Shown here piece by piece: positions 9,123-18,214 of a stretch of 33,084 nt of DNA (its first letter is position 1; each line of letters opens with the position of its first letter). Both the position numbers and the translations under genes were made by a program. This DNA is from an uncultured Pseudoflavonifractor sp. (GTDB lineage Bacteria > Bacillota > Clostridia > Oscillospirales > Oscillospiraceae): assembly GCA_947565875.1 (NCBI GenBank), contig CANOHR010000001.1, forward strand, positions 1-33,084, in the 5' to 3' direction. The notes under the pieces are model-generated. The model made no database searches and was not told the DNA's origin. It was given only the letters and a program-made list of their open reading frames with translations.

Positions 9123-9500
9123 TTATTTTACCGCAATGCACTCGATCTCCACCAAAGCCCCCAGGGGAAGGGCGGCTACCTGAAAGCAGGACCGGGCGGG
9201 GACCTCTCCCTGGAAAAATTGGGCGTAGACGCCGTTGAAGGCGGCAAAATCTCCAATGTCCGCCAGGAAGCAGGTGGTCTTGGCTACGTCGCCGTAGTCC
9301 ATGCCCGCCTCACGCAAAACGGCTCCGATGTTTTCCAGGGCCTGTCGGGCCTGGGCCTCAACGCCTCCCTCGGCCAGCTTGCCGGTGGTGGGGACAAGCC
9401 CCAGTTGGCCGGAGGTGTAGAGAGTATTGCCGCACAGCTTGGCCTGGCAATAGGGGCCTACCGCTGCGGGGGCTACGGAAGTGGCAATGGTCTTATTCAT
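9123..9500 (-). CDS. ridA: RidA/YjgF/UK114 family enamine/imine deaminase
   Basis: APAAVGPYCQA, YTSGQLGL, VAKTTCFL, FNGVYAQFF, PARSCFQVAALP.GALVEIECIA (catalytic Arg present). Confidence 0.92.
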   Translation of the reverse strand: MNKTIATSVAPAAVGPYCQAKLCGNTLYTSGQLGLVPTTGKLAEGGVEAQARQALENIGAVLREAGMDYGDVAKTTCFLADIGDFAAFNGVYAQFFQGEVPARSCFQVAALPLGALVEIECIAVK

Positions 9501-9514
9501 CCCAGGGTCCTCCC

Positions 9515-11341
9515 TTATTTCTTCTTGCTGGCTTCCCGCATCCGGGCGCTATGGTCCAGGATGCGCTTGCGGAGGCGGAGGTTTTCCGGGGTACACTCCA
9601 AAAGCTCGTCGTCGGCCAGGAACTCCAGGTCCTGTTCCAGACTCATCTGGCGGGGGGGTACCAGCCGGAGAGCGTCGTCGGAGCCGGAAGCCCGCATGTT
9701 GGTCAGCTGCTTTTTCTTACAGACGTTTACCGAAATGTCCTCCTGCTTGGGGCACTCGCCCACGATCATGCCCGCGTAGACGGGGGTGCCCGCCCCGATA
9801 AAGAGGGCGCCCCGCTCCTGGGCGTTGAAGAGGCCGTAGGTCACCGCCTCGCCCGTTTCAAAGGCCACCAGGCTCCCGGTATTCCGCCGGGCGATCTCCC
9901 CCTTCATGGGAGCGTACTCTTCAAAGACAGAGGCCATGATGCCCTCTCCCTTGGTGGCGGTCAAAAACTCATTGCGGTAGCCGAAAAGGCCCCGGGAGGG
10001 AACCAGGAACTGGACCTTCATCCGGTCGCCCACGGGGGTCATGTCCAGCATGTCCCCCTTCCGCTTACCGATGGCCTCAATGACGCTGCCTACGCAGTCG
10101 GCGGGCACGTCTACCACCAGGCGCTCGATGGGCTCGCACTTCTTGCCGTCGATCTCCTGGAAAAGGACCCGGGGGGGAGAGACCTGAAACTCATAGCCCT
10201 CCCGGCGCATGGTCTCCATAAGGATAGAAAGGCTCATCTCTCCCCGACCGGCTACGTTAAAGGAGTCGGTGGAGTTTTCCACCTCGCTTACCCGGAGGGA
10301 CACGTCCTTCAGCGTCTCCCGGAACAGCCGCTCCCGAAGCTGCCGGGAGGTGACGAACTTGCCTTCCCGCCCGGCGAAGGGGGAGTCGTTCACCGAGAAG
10401 GTCATCTCCATGGTGGGAGCGGAGATCTTTACAAACTCGATGGGTTCCACGGCAGAGGGAGCGCAGATGGTGTCGCCGATGGTGATATCTCCAATGCCGC
10501 TCATGGCAATAATGTTACCGGCGGAAGCCTCGGCAGTGGGGACCTTCCCCAGTCCGTCAAACTGGTAGATAGCGGTGGCCTTGGCCTTCTGGGGAGGAGA
10601 GTCGGGAGAGTGGAAGTTGCATACCGCGATCTCATCGTTCTGACGGATAACGCCCCTCTCGATCCGGCCCACGGCGATCCGGCCCACGAACTCGTTGTAG
10701 TCAATGGAACTCACCAGCATCTGGAAGGGGGCGCTGTCGTCTGCCTCGGGGGCGGGGATATAGTCCAGAATGGTGTCGAAGAGGGGGGTCAGATCGGTGC
10801 CGGGGGCGTCGGGGGAGTAGCTGGCGGTCCCTTGCCGACCGGAGCAGAAGAGCATGGGAGAGTCCAGCTGCTCGTCGGTAGCGTCCAGGTCCAGCAAAAG
10901 CTCCAAAACTTCATCCACTACCTCGTGGATCCGCTGGTCGGGCCGGTCGATCTTGTTGACCACCACAATGACCCGGTGGCCCAGCTCCAAAGCGCGGCTC
11001 AGTACGAACCGGGTCTGGGGCATGGGGCCCTCGGCGGCGTCCACCAAAAGGATGACGCCGTTGACCATCTTCAGGATCCGCTCCACCTCACCGCCAAAGT
11101 CGGCGTGGCCCGGGGTGTCCACAATATTGATCTTGGTGTCCTTATAGTGAACGGCGGTATTTTTGGCCAGGATGGTAATGCCCCTCTCCCGCTCCAGGTC
11201 CCCTGAGTCCATGACCCGGTCCACGGTAGCCTGGTTTTCCCGGTAAATACCACCCTGCTTGAGCATCTCGTCCACCAGCGTAGTCTTGCCGTGATCTACG
11301 TGGGCAATGATGGCTACGTTGCGTAGTTTCTCGTTCTGCAA
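9515..11341 (-). CDS. typA: Translational GTPase TypA/BipA
   Basis: RNVAIIAHVDHGKTTL, ERERGITI, DTPGHADFGGEVER, NKID, NDSPFAGREGKFVTSR, KKQLTNMRASGSD; TTG start after GAGGTG RBS. Confidence 0.97.
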   Translation of the reverse strand: MQNEKLRNVAIIAHVDHGKTTLVDEMLKQGGIYRENQATVDRVMDSGDLERERGITILAKNTAVHYKDTKINIVDTPGHADFGGEVERILKMVNGVILLVDAAEGPMPQTRFVLSRALELGHRVIVVVNKIDRPDQRIHEVVDEVLELLLDLDATDEQLDSPMLFCSGRQGTASYSPDAPGTDLTPLFDTILDYIPAPEADDSAPFQMLVSSIDYNEFVGRIAVGRIERGVIRQNDEIAVCNFHSPDSPPQKAKATAIYQFDGLGKVPTAEASAGNIIAMSGIGDITIGDTICAPSAVEPIEFVKISAPTMEMTFSVNDSPFAGREGKFVTSRQLRERLFRETLKDVSLRVSEVENSTDSFNVAGRGEMSLSILMETMRREGYEFQVSPPRVLFQEIDGKKCEPIERLVVDVPADCVGSVIEAIGKRKGDMLDMTPVGDRMKVQFLVPSRGLFGYRNEFLTATKGEGIMASVFEEYAPMKGEIARRNTGSLVAFETGEAVTYGLFNAQERGALFIGAGTPVYAGMIVGECPKQEDISVNVCKKKQLTNMRASGSDDALRLVPPRQMSLEQDLEFLADDELLECTPENLRLRKRILDHSARMREASKKK

Positions 11342-11399
11342 ATTCACGCACCTCAAATCTTTTGTGATCCAAAATAGAAAAATCTTTACACAAGCTGGT

Positions 11400-11428
11400 A
11401 TTATACACTTTGATCTGTGGAAAATCAA
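11400..11428 (-). promoter_or_regulatory. Sigma-A promoter of typA-ridA
   Basis: TTGATT-17-TATAAT on minus strand. Confidence 0.7.
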
Positions 11429-11441
11429 CGGTTTTATACAC

Positions 11442-11488
11442 AAAAAGAAGAACGGAACGTATTTTTGTTTGCAAAAATACGTTCCGTT
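11442..11488 (-). terminator. Terminator downstream of the BlaI-type gene
   Basis: 17-bp stem AACGGAACGTATTTTTG / CAAAAATACGTTCCGTT followed by CTTCTTTTT on minus strand. Confidence 0.75.
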
Positions 11489-11504
11489 ATGGATCCCGGA
11501 CAGA

Positions 11505-11840
11505 TCAGGCCAACAGGCCGTGAGCCCTCAGGGTGGTCACCAAAGCGGCGGCGTCCCCGTCGTAGAGCCGCTGGACCAGCACCTCGGCCAAGTCCCAGCC
11601 ATACTCTTCTTTAGTAAAGGCGGGGGTGTAGGTGGCCACATCGTTCTCTTTGGACACCAGCACCGAACCCTTTTCCTGGAGCCGGGTCAGCAGGGAACGG
11701 ACGGTGGTGCGCTCCCAGTCCCGGCGTTCCTTCAGGGTGATCTGCAAATCTTTGGCGGTCATAGCCGTACCTGTGTCCCAAAGGGCCTCCATCACGGAGA
11801 GTTCCGCTTCGGAAATGCGGCGGCTGGCGTAATCAGACAT
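11505..11840 (-). CDS. BlaI/MecI/CopY family transcriptional repressor
   Basis: ISEAELSVMEALW, WERTTVRSLLTRLQEKG, YTP..TKEEY, LVQRLYDG.AAALV. Confidence 0.9.
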   Translation of the reverse strand: MSDYASRRISEAELSVMEALWDTGTAMTAKDLQITLKERRDWERTTVRSLLTRLQEKGSVLVSKENDVATYTPAFTKEEYGWDLAEVLVQRLYDGDAAALVTTLRAHGLLA

Positions 11841-11883
11841 ATACGACCCCTCGATTCCTCATTTTATGTGTCTATCATACTTT

Positions 11884-11912
11884 AGAATAACCGATTTCCT
11901 GAAAAATGTCAA
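11884..11912 (-). promoter_or_regulatory. Sigma-A promoter of the BlaI-type gene
   Basis: TTGACA-17-TATTCT on minus strand. Confidence 0.7.
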
Positions 11913-11962
11913 GATAAAGGCAAAGTTTGAAGGAGGTTTTTAAAAAAGACCTCTTTGGGCAC

Positions 11963-13222
11963 TCAAGCCATCTCCAGTCCCTCCAGCCGCCGCCGCAAAA
12001 GATCCAAGGCGTGGCTGGCGGAGGTATAACGGATCCGCTGTCGGCTCCCTGCGGCGTGGATCACCCGAACATAAGTCTCTCCCTGTCCTGCCACGGCTAT
12101 GTAGACAAGCCCCACAGGGTTTCCTCTCTCGTCGGGATCGGGGCCCGCCACTCCGGTAACGGCCAGGGCCAGGTCAGAGCCTGTAAGGGTCCGCACCCCC
12201 TCGGCCATGGCCCGTGCCGCAGGCTCGGAGACGGCGCCGTACTGAAACAAAAGGTCGTTGGGGACAGCCAGTACGTCGTGCTTTACCTGGCTCCAATAGC
12301 TGACAACGCCTCCCTTAAAAGCTGCCGAGGCCCCGGAAAGATCGGTAAACCGCTGGGCCAGCAGTCCTCCCGTACAGCTTTCCGCCACCGAGACGGTAAG
12401 TTCCTTTTCCTTCAGCAGTTCCAGGCATACATGTTCCAGAGAGGGAACGTCCACACCGTAGATCAGATCCCCAAAGCGCTTGCGCAGGGCGGCCTCTGCC
12501 GGGGCGATCAGAGCCTGGGCCGTCTCCGCCGTCTCCGCCTTGGCAGTAAGGCGCAGTTCCACCTCCCCCTCCTTGGCGTAGGGGGCCAGAGTGGGATTCC
12601 TCATGGCGTTCATTTGATCCCGAAGCTGGGCTTCTACAGCGGATTCCCCCATGCCGAAGATCCGCAGGGTCCGGCTGACGATTGCCCCTTCGGTACAGTC
12701 CTGTAGGAAGGGGACCGCCCGTTCCCGGAACATGGGGCCGCACTCGCTGGGGGGACCGGGGAGCATAATGACGCGCACACCGTCCGCCTCAAAGCCGCAG
12801 CCGGGAGCGGTGCCCCAGTCGTTCTGAAAGGGGACGCAGCCTTCGGGAAGGAAGGCCTGCTGGTAGTTATTTTCCGTCATGGTCCCGCTTTCGGGGTGCA
12901 GCTTGCGAAAATAGGCTTCCAGGCGCAGGGCGGCCTCCCGGTTGTAAACCAGCTTTTTCCCAAAGCATTCCGCAAGTACGTTCTTGGTCAGATCATCACA
13001 GGTGGGCCCCAGCCCCCCGGTGGTTATGATAAGGTCGGAGCGCTTCCGGGCGATCTCCACCACCTCTTTGAGCCGCTGGGGGTTATCCCCTACCACGCTG
13101 TGGTGAAATACATTGATCCCCAGGGCGGATAACTCCTTGGAGAGCATCTGGGCGTCGGTGTTGGCGATATTGCCCAGCAGCAGTTCGGTCCCCACGGCGA
13201 TCAGTTCGGCGGTATGAGACAT
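11963..13222 (-). CDS. cinA: Competence/damage-inducible protein CinA (MoCF-like domain plus PncC NMN deamidase domain)
   Basis: IAVGTELLLG, VGDN, TTGGLGPTCDDLT, GTAPG, LPGPP.E, AESCTGG, GAVSE, TGVAGP. Confidence 0.94.
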   Translation of the reverse strand: MSHTAELIAVGTELLLGNIANTDAQMLSKELSALGINVFHHSVVGDNPQRLKEVVEIARKRSDLIITTGGLGPTCDDLTKNVLAECFGKKLVYNREAALRLEAYFRKLHPESGTMTENNYQQAFLPEGCVPFQNDWGTAPGCGFEADGVRVIMLPGPPSECGPMFRERAVPFLQDCTEGAIVSRTLRIFGMGESAVEAQLRDQMNAMRNPTLAPYAKEGEVELRLTAKAETAETAQALIAPAEAALRKRFGDLIYGVDVPSLEHVCLELLKEKELTVSVAESCTGGLLAQRFTDLSGASAAFKGGVVSYWSQVKHDVLAVPNDLLFQYGAVSEPAARAMAEGVRTLTGSDLALAVTGVAGPDPDERGNPVGLVYIAVAGQGETYVRVIHAAGSRQRIRYTSASHALDLLRRRLEGLEMA

Positions 13223-13316
13223 AAAGAAGCCCCCCTGAAAATGGAAAGTAAATGTAGTATACCACAAAAAGGAGAAAACGAAAAGGAAAAAGCGCTTTGA
13301 TCTGTCCTTTTCCCGC

Positions 13317-13350
13317 AAAAAGAGCGGCGGCCCAACAGGGCCGCCGCTCT
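13317..13350 (-). terminator. Terminator of the SLH-protein gene
   Basis: AGAGCGGCGGCCC-TGTT-GGGCCGCCGCTCT-TTTT on minus strand. Confidence 0.88.
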
Positions 13351-13373
13351 CTGCGTTGTACGTTAGGGCTTAC

Positions 13374-14786
13374 TTACATATCCTTCGGCTTTTCGGGATC
13401 CACGGTGAGCCGCACCGTGACCCTGTTCACCTCCAGGATCTTTCCCTGCTCATCTGTCCACAGCAGGTACCGGGTCAAAGTCCCCTCCTTACCAAAGGGT
13501 ACAAAGAAGGTCTGGGCCTCGGGGGCGGCGCTCTGGGCGGCACCCAGTCCCTCCAGGGTGTCGGCGGTGGCCAACTTTGCAGCGCCCTCGGGCTGGGTGT
13601 ATTCGATCCCCACCTCCACTCTCACGGCGTCGGCGCTCACCTCATAGGTGTTCATGACCAGCGTATCCTCTCCCTCCACCGTGATAAGGAGGGTGTCATC
13701 CTCACAGGTGTAGGTAAGCTCTGCCGGGGCGGCCTGTTTCACCTCATAAGCCTGGGGAATAAGGAGCAGATCCGCGGCCACATTCTCAAGGGCGTCGCCG
13801 CTCTGGGCCTCATAGACGGCGGTATCTCCCTCCAGAGTGTAGGTCCACTTACCGGTATAGAAATATTCTCCATGCTGGGGAAGGTTGGGGACGTTGATGC
13901 TGCCTCCCTGGGCCACGGCCAGTTCCACTTCATGGGCTTCCACGGTGACGGCCTGGGCGGAAGCCTCCTTTTCCAGGGACAGCTTTCCGCCCCTGGCGGC
14001 CAGGATCACCTGGGCGGCATGGGTCTCTCCGGCCAGTGTCACGGCCGCGCCGGCGGCCTTGGGAGCCAGGATCAAAGGCTCGGCAAGGTCGGCGTTCTCC
14101 ACTTTTACATCCCTGGCGGCAATGATAACGACTCCCTTCCGTTCCCCGGTAAGGACAGCGCCATTCTCGGTCACGTAGTCGGAAACCATATTGCTTACCA
14201 TCTGGGCTACGCTGGCCCGGTTAATATTTTGGGCAGGGGCAAAGCTGTTTTCCCCCACTCCCGCAATCATAGCCCGCTCGGACAGGGCGGCTACCGCCTC
14301 CTTTGCCCAGTCGGAGACCTGTCCTGCGTCGTCAAAGGGGATCTTGGCATCGGCGCTGGGGTCCAGGCTCAGGGCCCGGCACAGCAGTACGGCGGCTTGC
14401 TCCCGGCTGATGGAGGCGTCGGGCATGGCGTTGGAGCCATCTCCCTCCATGATCCCGGCGGCAGTCAGCTTCAAAACGGCGTCGGCATACCAGGCGTCGG
14501 CGGGGACGTCGGCGTATCGGTTTTCCGCCTTATCGGGATACCCCATCAGGTTCACCAGCATTTGGGCAAACTCGGCGCGGGTCATCTCCTTGTCCGGCAG
14601 AAAATTGCCGTTTTCGTCTCCGTGCAGGATCCCGGCCTCGGACCACCGCTCTACAGCCTCGGCGCTCCAATGGCCCTCCATATCGCCGAAGGCGCCGGGC
14701 GCTTTCTCCGCAAAGGTGGGAACAGCGGCCAGGGAAAAGACCATGGCGGCGCTGAGAAGGGCGGGCAAAAGCTTGATTTTTTTCAT
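13374..14786 (-). CDS. Secreted S-layer homology (SLH) domain cell-surface protein
   Basis: Signal peptide (MKKIK...PTFA); three SLH repeats: FGDMEGHWS..F.PDKEMTRAEF, YADVPADAWY..PDASISREQA, FDDAGQVSDWA..FAPAQNINRA; RBS AAAGGAG. Confidence 0.9.
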   Translation of the reverse strand: MKKIKLLPALLSAAMVFSLAAVPTFAEKAPGAFGDMEGHWSAEAVERWSEAGILHGDENGNFLPDKEMTRAEFAQMLVNLMGYPDKAENRYADVPADAWYADAVLKLTAAGIMEGDGSNAMPDASISREQAAVLLCRALSLDPSADAKIPFDDAGQVSDWAKEAVAALSERAMIAGVGENSFAPAQNINRASVAQMVSNMVSDYVTENGAVLTGERKGVVIIAARDVKVENADLAEPLILAPKAAGAAVTLAGETHAAQVILAARGGKLSLEKEASAQAVTVEAHEVELAVAQGGSINVPNLPQHGEYFYTGKWTYTLEGDTAVYEAQSGDALENVAADLLLIPQAYEVKQAAPAELTYTCEDDTLLITVEGEDTLVMNTYEVSADAVRVEVGIEYTQPEGAAKLATADTLEGLGAAQSAAPEAQTFFVPFGKEGTLTRYLLWTDEQGKILEVNRVTVRLTVDPEKPKDM

Positions 14787-14840
14787 AAGATGTACTCCTT
14801 TCATTGGCACTGGCATACAAGACTCTTCAGAACAGGGCTC

Positions 14841-14869
14841 AGTATACATGCCTTAAGGAGAAAAATCAA
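14841..14869 (-). promoter_or_regulatory. Sigma-A promoter of the SLH gene
   Basis: TTGATT-17-TATACT on minus strand. Confidence 0.65.
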
Positions 14870-14947
14870 AGCAATAATATATCCAAAACCACCAGTTTTT
14901 CTTGTTTCTGTTTGAATATGGCTCCTGCATATTCCGGAATTATCCAT

Positions 14948-14982
14948 GAAAAAGGACCGCCTCCCGCAAGAGACGGTCCTTT
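14948..14982 (-). terminator. Terminator of thiI
   Basis: AAAGGACCGTCTC-TTGCGG-GAGGCGGTCCTTT followed by TT on minus strand. Confidence 0.8.
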
Positions 14983-14999
14983 CCCCGTATCGTGTCCCC

Positions 15000-16181
15000 T
15001 TATTCTCCCCATCCGATCCTGATCCGTTCAATACCCTCTACGGCGGCCTTGACCAGAGTCTCCACATCCAGGGCCGCTTCCGCCTCCTCGCACTGCTTCA
15101 AGGTGGGCTTCAGCTTGGGGTGCTTGGGGGTAAAGACGGTGCAGCAATCCTCATAGGGCAGGATGGAGGTCTCAAAGGTGTTGATCTTCCGGGACAGGCG
15201 GACGATCTCCTCTTTATCCATCCCCACCACCGGACGGAAGATGGGAAGGTCGGTGACAGCGCCGGTACAATGCATGGCCTCCATAGTCTGGCTGGCTACC
15301 TGGCCCAGGCTCTCTCCGGTAATGAGAGCCTCCGCCCCCACCCGCTTTGCCACCTGGGCGGAAATGCGCATCATGAACCGGCGCATAAGGATCGTAAAAA
15401 GTTCCTCGGGGCAGGAGCGGCGCAGTTCCTCCTGAATGGCGGTAAAGGGGACCACATGGACCACCAGCCGCCCGGTCCAGGGAGTGAGAAGCTTTGCCAG
15501 GTCCAGCACCTTCTGCTTGGCCTCCTCCGAGGTGTAGGGGTAGGAGAAAAAGTGGACCATTTCCAGGGAAAGGCCCCGCTTGGCCATCATCCAGGAGGCC
15601 ACGGGGGAGTCGATCCCCCCGGAGAGAAGGCTCACTGCCCGGCCTCCCATGCCCACCGGAAGGCCCCCCGCGCCGGGCTCTACATCTCCGTGGACATAGG
15701 CGGCGTCATCCCGGACCTCCACATAGACGGTGAGGTCGGGATGGTGCATGTCGGCGGTCAGGTGTGGATAGGATTCGTCCAATTCTCCACCCAAATACTG
15801 GGCCAATTGAATGGAATTGAGGGGAAAGGTTTTGTCGGAGCGCTTACACTCCACCTTGAAGGTCCTGGCCGCCGCGATCTGGGGGGCCAAAAACTCCCGA
15901 GCGGCGGCAAGCATGGCGTCCTTGTCCTTCTCGCAGGCCCGGCTGCGGCACACCCCCACCGCACCGAAGATCCTTTTCATGGCCTCAAAGGCGGCGTCCA
16001 CATCGCAGGAGGGCTCCAGGGGCTCCACGTAGGTGATGGACTGCTTGGTATATACCTTAAATTTGCCCCCGCAATGCTGGAGCCGTCTTCTGGCATTGGA
16101 CATAAGCTGTTCTTCAAAGTTGTGGCGGTTCAGGCCCTTCAGTACCAGTTCGCCCAGCTTCAAAAGAATGATATCATACAT
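15000..16181 (-). CDS. thiI: tRNA 4-thiouridine(8) synthase ThiI (no rhodanese domain)
   Basis: GELVLKGLNR, THUMP region TFKVECKRSDKTFP, GGLPVG, PP-loop LLSGGIDSPVA, TGESLGQVASQT, PYEDCC. Confidence 0.96.
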   Translation of the reverse strand: MYDIILLKLGELVLKGLNRHNFEEQLMSNARRRLQHCGGKFKVYTKQSITYVEPLEPSCDVDAAFEAMKRIFGAVGVCRSRACEKDKDAMLAAAREFLAPQIAAARTFKVECKRSDKTFPLNSIQLAQYLGGELDESYPHLTADMHHPDLTVYVEVRDDAAYVHGDVEPGAGGLPVGMGGRAVSLLSGGIDSPVASWMMAKRGLSLEMVHFFSYPYTSEEAKQKVLDLAKLLTPWTGRLVVHVVPFTAIQEELRRSCPEELFTILMRRFMMRISAQVAKRVGAEALITGESLGQVASQTMEAMHCTGAVTDLPIFRPVVGMDKEEIVRLSRKINTFETSILPYEDCCTVFTPKHPKLKPTLKQCEEAEAALDVETLVKAAVEGIERIRIGWGE

Positions 16182-16214
16182 GAAAAAGATTCCCCTCTGA
16201 TAAAAGTCAGGGGT

Positions 16215-16243
16215 ATTGTACCACACTTTTTAAGCTTGGGCAA
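16215..16243 (-). promoter_or_regulatory. Sigma-A promoter of thiI
   Basis: TTGCCC-17-TACAAT with extended TG on minus strand. Confidence 0.65.
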
Positions 16244-16267
16244 CAGGGGACCGGAAGGGACTTTTTG

Positions 16268-16297
16268 TTGACATCCTCCGTCCCTTTGGGATATACT
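16268..16297 (+). promoter_or_regulatory. Divergent sigma-A promoter of the truncated ABC exporter
   Basis: TTGACA-18-TATACT, then RBS GGAGG at 16321-16325. Confidence 0.65.
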
Positions 16298-16331
16298 GGA
16301 GCCTGCGAATATGAAGATACGGAGGCTCGCC

Positions 16332-16500
16332 ATGACGCAGCAAAAAATGAAGCGGAAAAGTCATATTTCCATTTTTCTGTCTTACTATAAGCCCCATATG
16401 TCCGTCTTCCTTTTGGATATGGCCTGCGCTCTGGGTGTGTGTCTCATCGATCTTCTCTTCCCCATCGCCTCCCGCACTGCCCTCAACGAACTGCTGCCCC
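16332..16500 (+). pseudogene. 5' fragment (56 codons) of an ABC exporter (fused permease/ATPase type), cut at the palindrome axis
   Basis: MTQQKMKRKSHISIFLSYYKPHMSVFLLDMACALGVCLIDLLFPIASRTALNELLP resembles the elbow helix plus TM1 of clostridial multidrug-type ABC exporters; frame runs into its own antisense and stops at 16616. Confidence 0.75.
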
Positions 16501-16669
16501 GGGGCAGCAGTTCGTTGAGGGCAGTGCGGGAGGCGATGGGGAAGAGAAGATCGATGAGACACACACCCAGAGCGCAGGCCATATCCAAAAGGAAGACGGA
16601 CATATGGGGCTTATAGTAAGACAGAAAAATGGAAATATGACTTTTCCGCTTCATTTTTTGCTGCGTCAT
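16501..16669 (-). pseudogene. Mirror copy of the truncated ABC exporter 5' fragment
   Basis: Reverse complement of 16332-16500. Confidence 0.75.
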
Positions 16670-16819
16670 GGCGAGCCTCCGTATCTTCATATTCGCAGGC
16701 TCCAGTATATCCCAAAGGGACGGAGGATGTCAACAAAAAGTCCCTTCCGGTCCCCTGTTGCCCAAGCTTAAAAAGTGTGGTACAATACCCCTGACTTTTA
16801 TCAGAGGGGAATCTTTTTC

Positions 16820-18001
16820 ATGTATGATATCATTCTTTTGAAGCTGGGCGAACTGGTACTGAAGGGCCTGAACCGCCACAACTTTGAAGAACAGCTTATG
16901 TCCAATGCCAGAAGACGGCTCCAGCATTGCGGGGGCAAATTTAAGGTATATACCAAGCAGTCCATCACCTACGTGGAGCCCCTGGAGCCCTCCTGCGATG
17001 TGGACGCCGCCTTTGAGGCCATGAAAAGGATCTTCGGTGCGGTGGGGGTGTGCCGCAGCCGGGCCTGCGAGAAGGACAAGGACGCCATGCTTGCCGCCGC
17101 TCGGGAGTTTTTGGCCCCCCAGATCGCGGCGGCCAGGACCTTCAAGGTGGAGTGTAAGCGCTCCGACAAAACCTTTCCCCTCAATTCCATTCAATTGGCC
17201 CAGTATTTGGGTGGAGAATTGGACGAATCCTATCCACACCTGACCGCCGACATGCACCATCCCGACCTCACCGTCTATGTGGAGGTCCGGGATGACGCCG
17301 CCTATGTCCACGGAGATGTAGAGCCCGGCGCGGGGGGCCTTCCGGTGGGCATGGGAGGCCGGGCAGTGAGCCTTCTCTCCGGGGGGATCGACTCCCCCGT
17401 GGCCTCCTGGATGATGGCCAAGCGGGGCCTTTCCCTGGAAATGGTCCACTTTTTCTCCTACCCCTACACCTCGGAGGAGGCCAAGCAGAAGGTGCTGGAC
17501 CTGGCAAAGCTTCTCACTCCCTGGACCGGGCGGCTGGTGGTCCATGTGGTCCCCTTTACCGCCATTCAGGAGGAACTGCGCCGCTCCTGCCCCGAGGAAC
17601 TTTTTACGATCCTTATGCGCCGGTTCATGATGCGCATTTCCGCCCAGGTGGCAAAGCGGGTGGGGGCGGAGGCTCTCATTACCGGAGAGAGCCTGGGCCA
17701 GGTAGCCAGCCAGACTATGGAGGCCATGCATTGTACCGGCGCTGTCACCGACCTTCCCATCTTCCGTCCGGTGGTGGGGATGGATAAAGAGGAGATCGTC
17801 CGCCTGTCCCGGAAGATCAACACCTTTGAGACCTCCATCCTGCCCTATGAGGATTGCTGCACCGTCTTTACCCCCAAGCACCCCAAGCTGAAGCCCACCT
17901 TGAAGCAGTGCGAGGAGGCGGAAGCGGCCCTGGATGTGGAGACTCTGGTCAAGGCCGCCGTAGAGGGTATTGAACGGATCAGGATCGGATGGGGAGAATA
18001 A
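16820..18001 (+). CDS. thiI: ThiI (mirror copy)
   Basis: Identical translation to 15000-16181. Confidence 0.96.
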   Translation: MYDIILLKLGELVLKGLNRHNFEEQLMSNARRRLQHCGGKFKVYTKQSITYVEPLEPSCDVDAAFEAMKRIFGAVGVCRSRACEKDKDAMLAAAREFLAPQIAAARTFKVECKRSDKTFPLNSIQLAQYLGGELDESYPHLTADMHHPDLTVYVEVRDDAAYVHGDVEPGAGGLPVGMGGRAVSLLSGGIDSPVASWMMAKRGLSLEMVHFFSYPYTSEEAKQKVLDLAKLLTPWTGRLVVHVVPFTAIQEELRRSCPEELFTILMRRFMMRISAQVAKRVGAEALITGESLGQVASQTMEAMHCTGAVTDLPIFRPVVGMDKEEIVRLSRKINTFETSILPYEDCCTVFTPKHPKLKPTLKQCEEAEAALDVETLVKAAVEGIERIRIGWGE

Positions 18002-18214
18002 GGGGACACGATACGGGGAAAGGACCGTCTCTTGCGGGAGGCGGTCCTTTTTCATGGATAATTCCGGAATATGCAGGAGCCATATTCAAACAGAAACAAG
18101 AAAAACTGGTGGTTTTGGATATATTATTGCTTTGATTTTTCTCCTTAAGGCATGTATACTGAGCCCTGTTCTGAAGAGTCTTGTATGCCAGTGCCAATGA
18201 AAGGAGTACATCTT

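Noticed and set aside
6149..16271. Long antisense ORFs (464, 351, 551, 259, 519 and 441 aa and their mirrors)
   Set aside because: Shadow frames opposite well-identified genes in GC-rich, codon-biased DNA; no RBS or recognisable motifs.
16440..16560. Protelomerase-type hairpin telomere (telRL-like site) at the axis
   Set aside because: No protelomerase or other tyrosine recombinase gene in the window; the axis is GC-only and lies in an undecayed coding frame among housekeeping genes. Kept only as a low-probability alternative.
16311..16690. Overlapping 101-aa and 110-aa ORFs around the axis as novel small proteins
   Set aside because: They are by-products of the fold: sense sequence fused to its own antisense.
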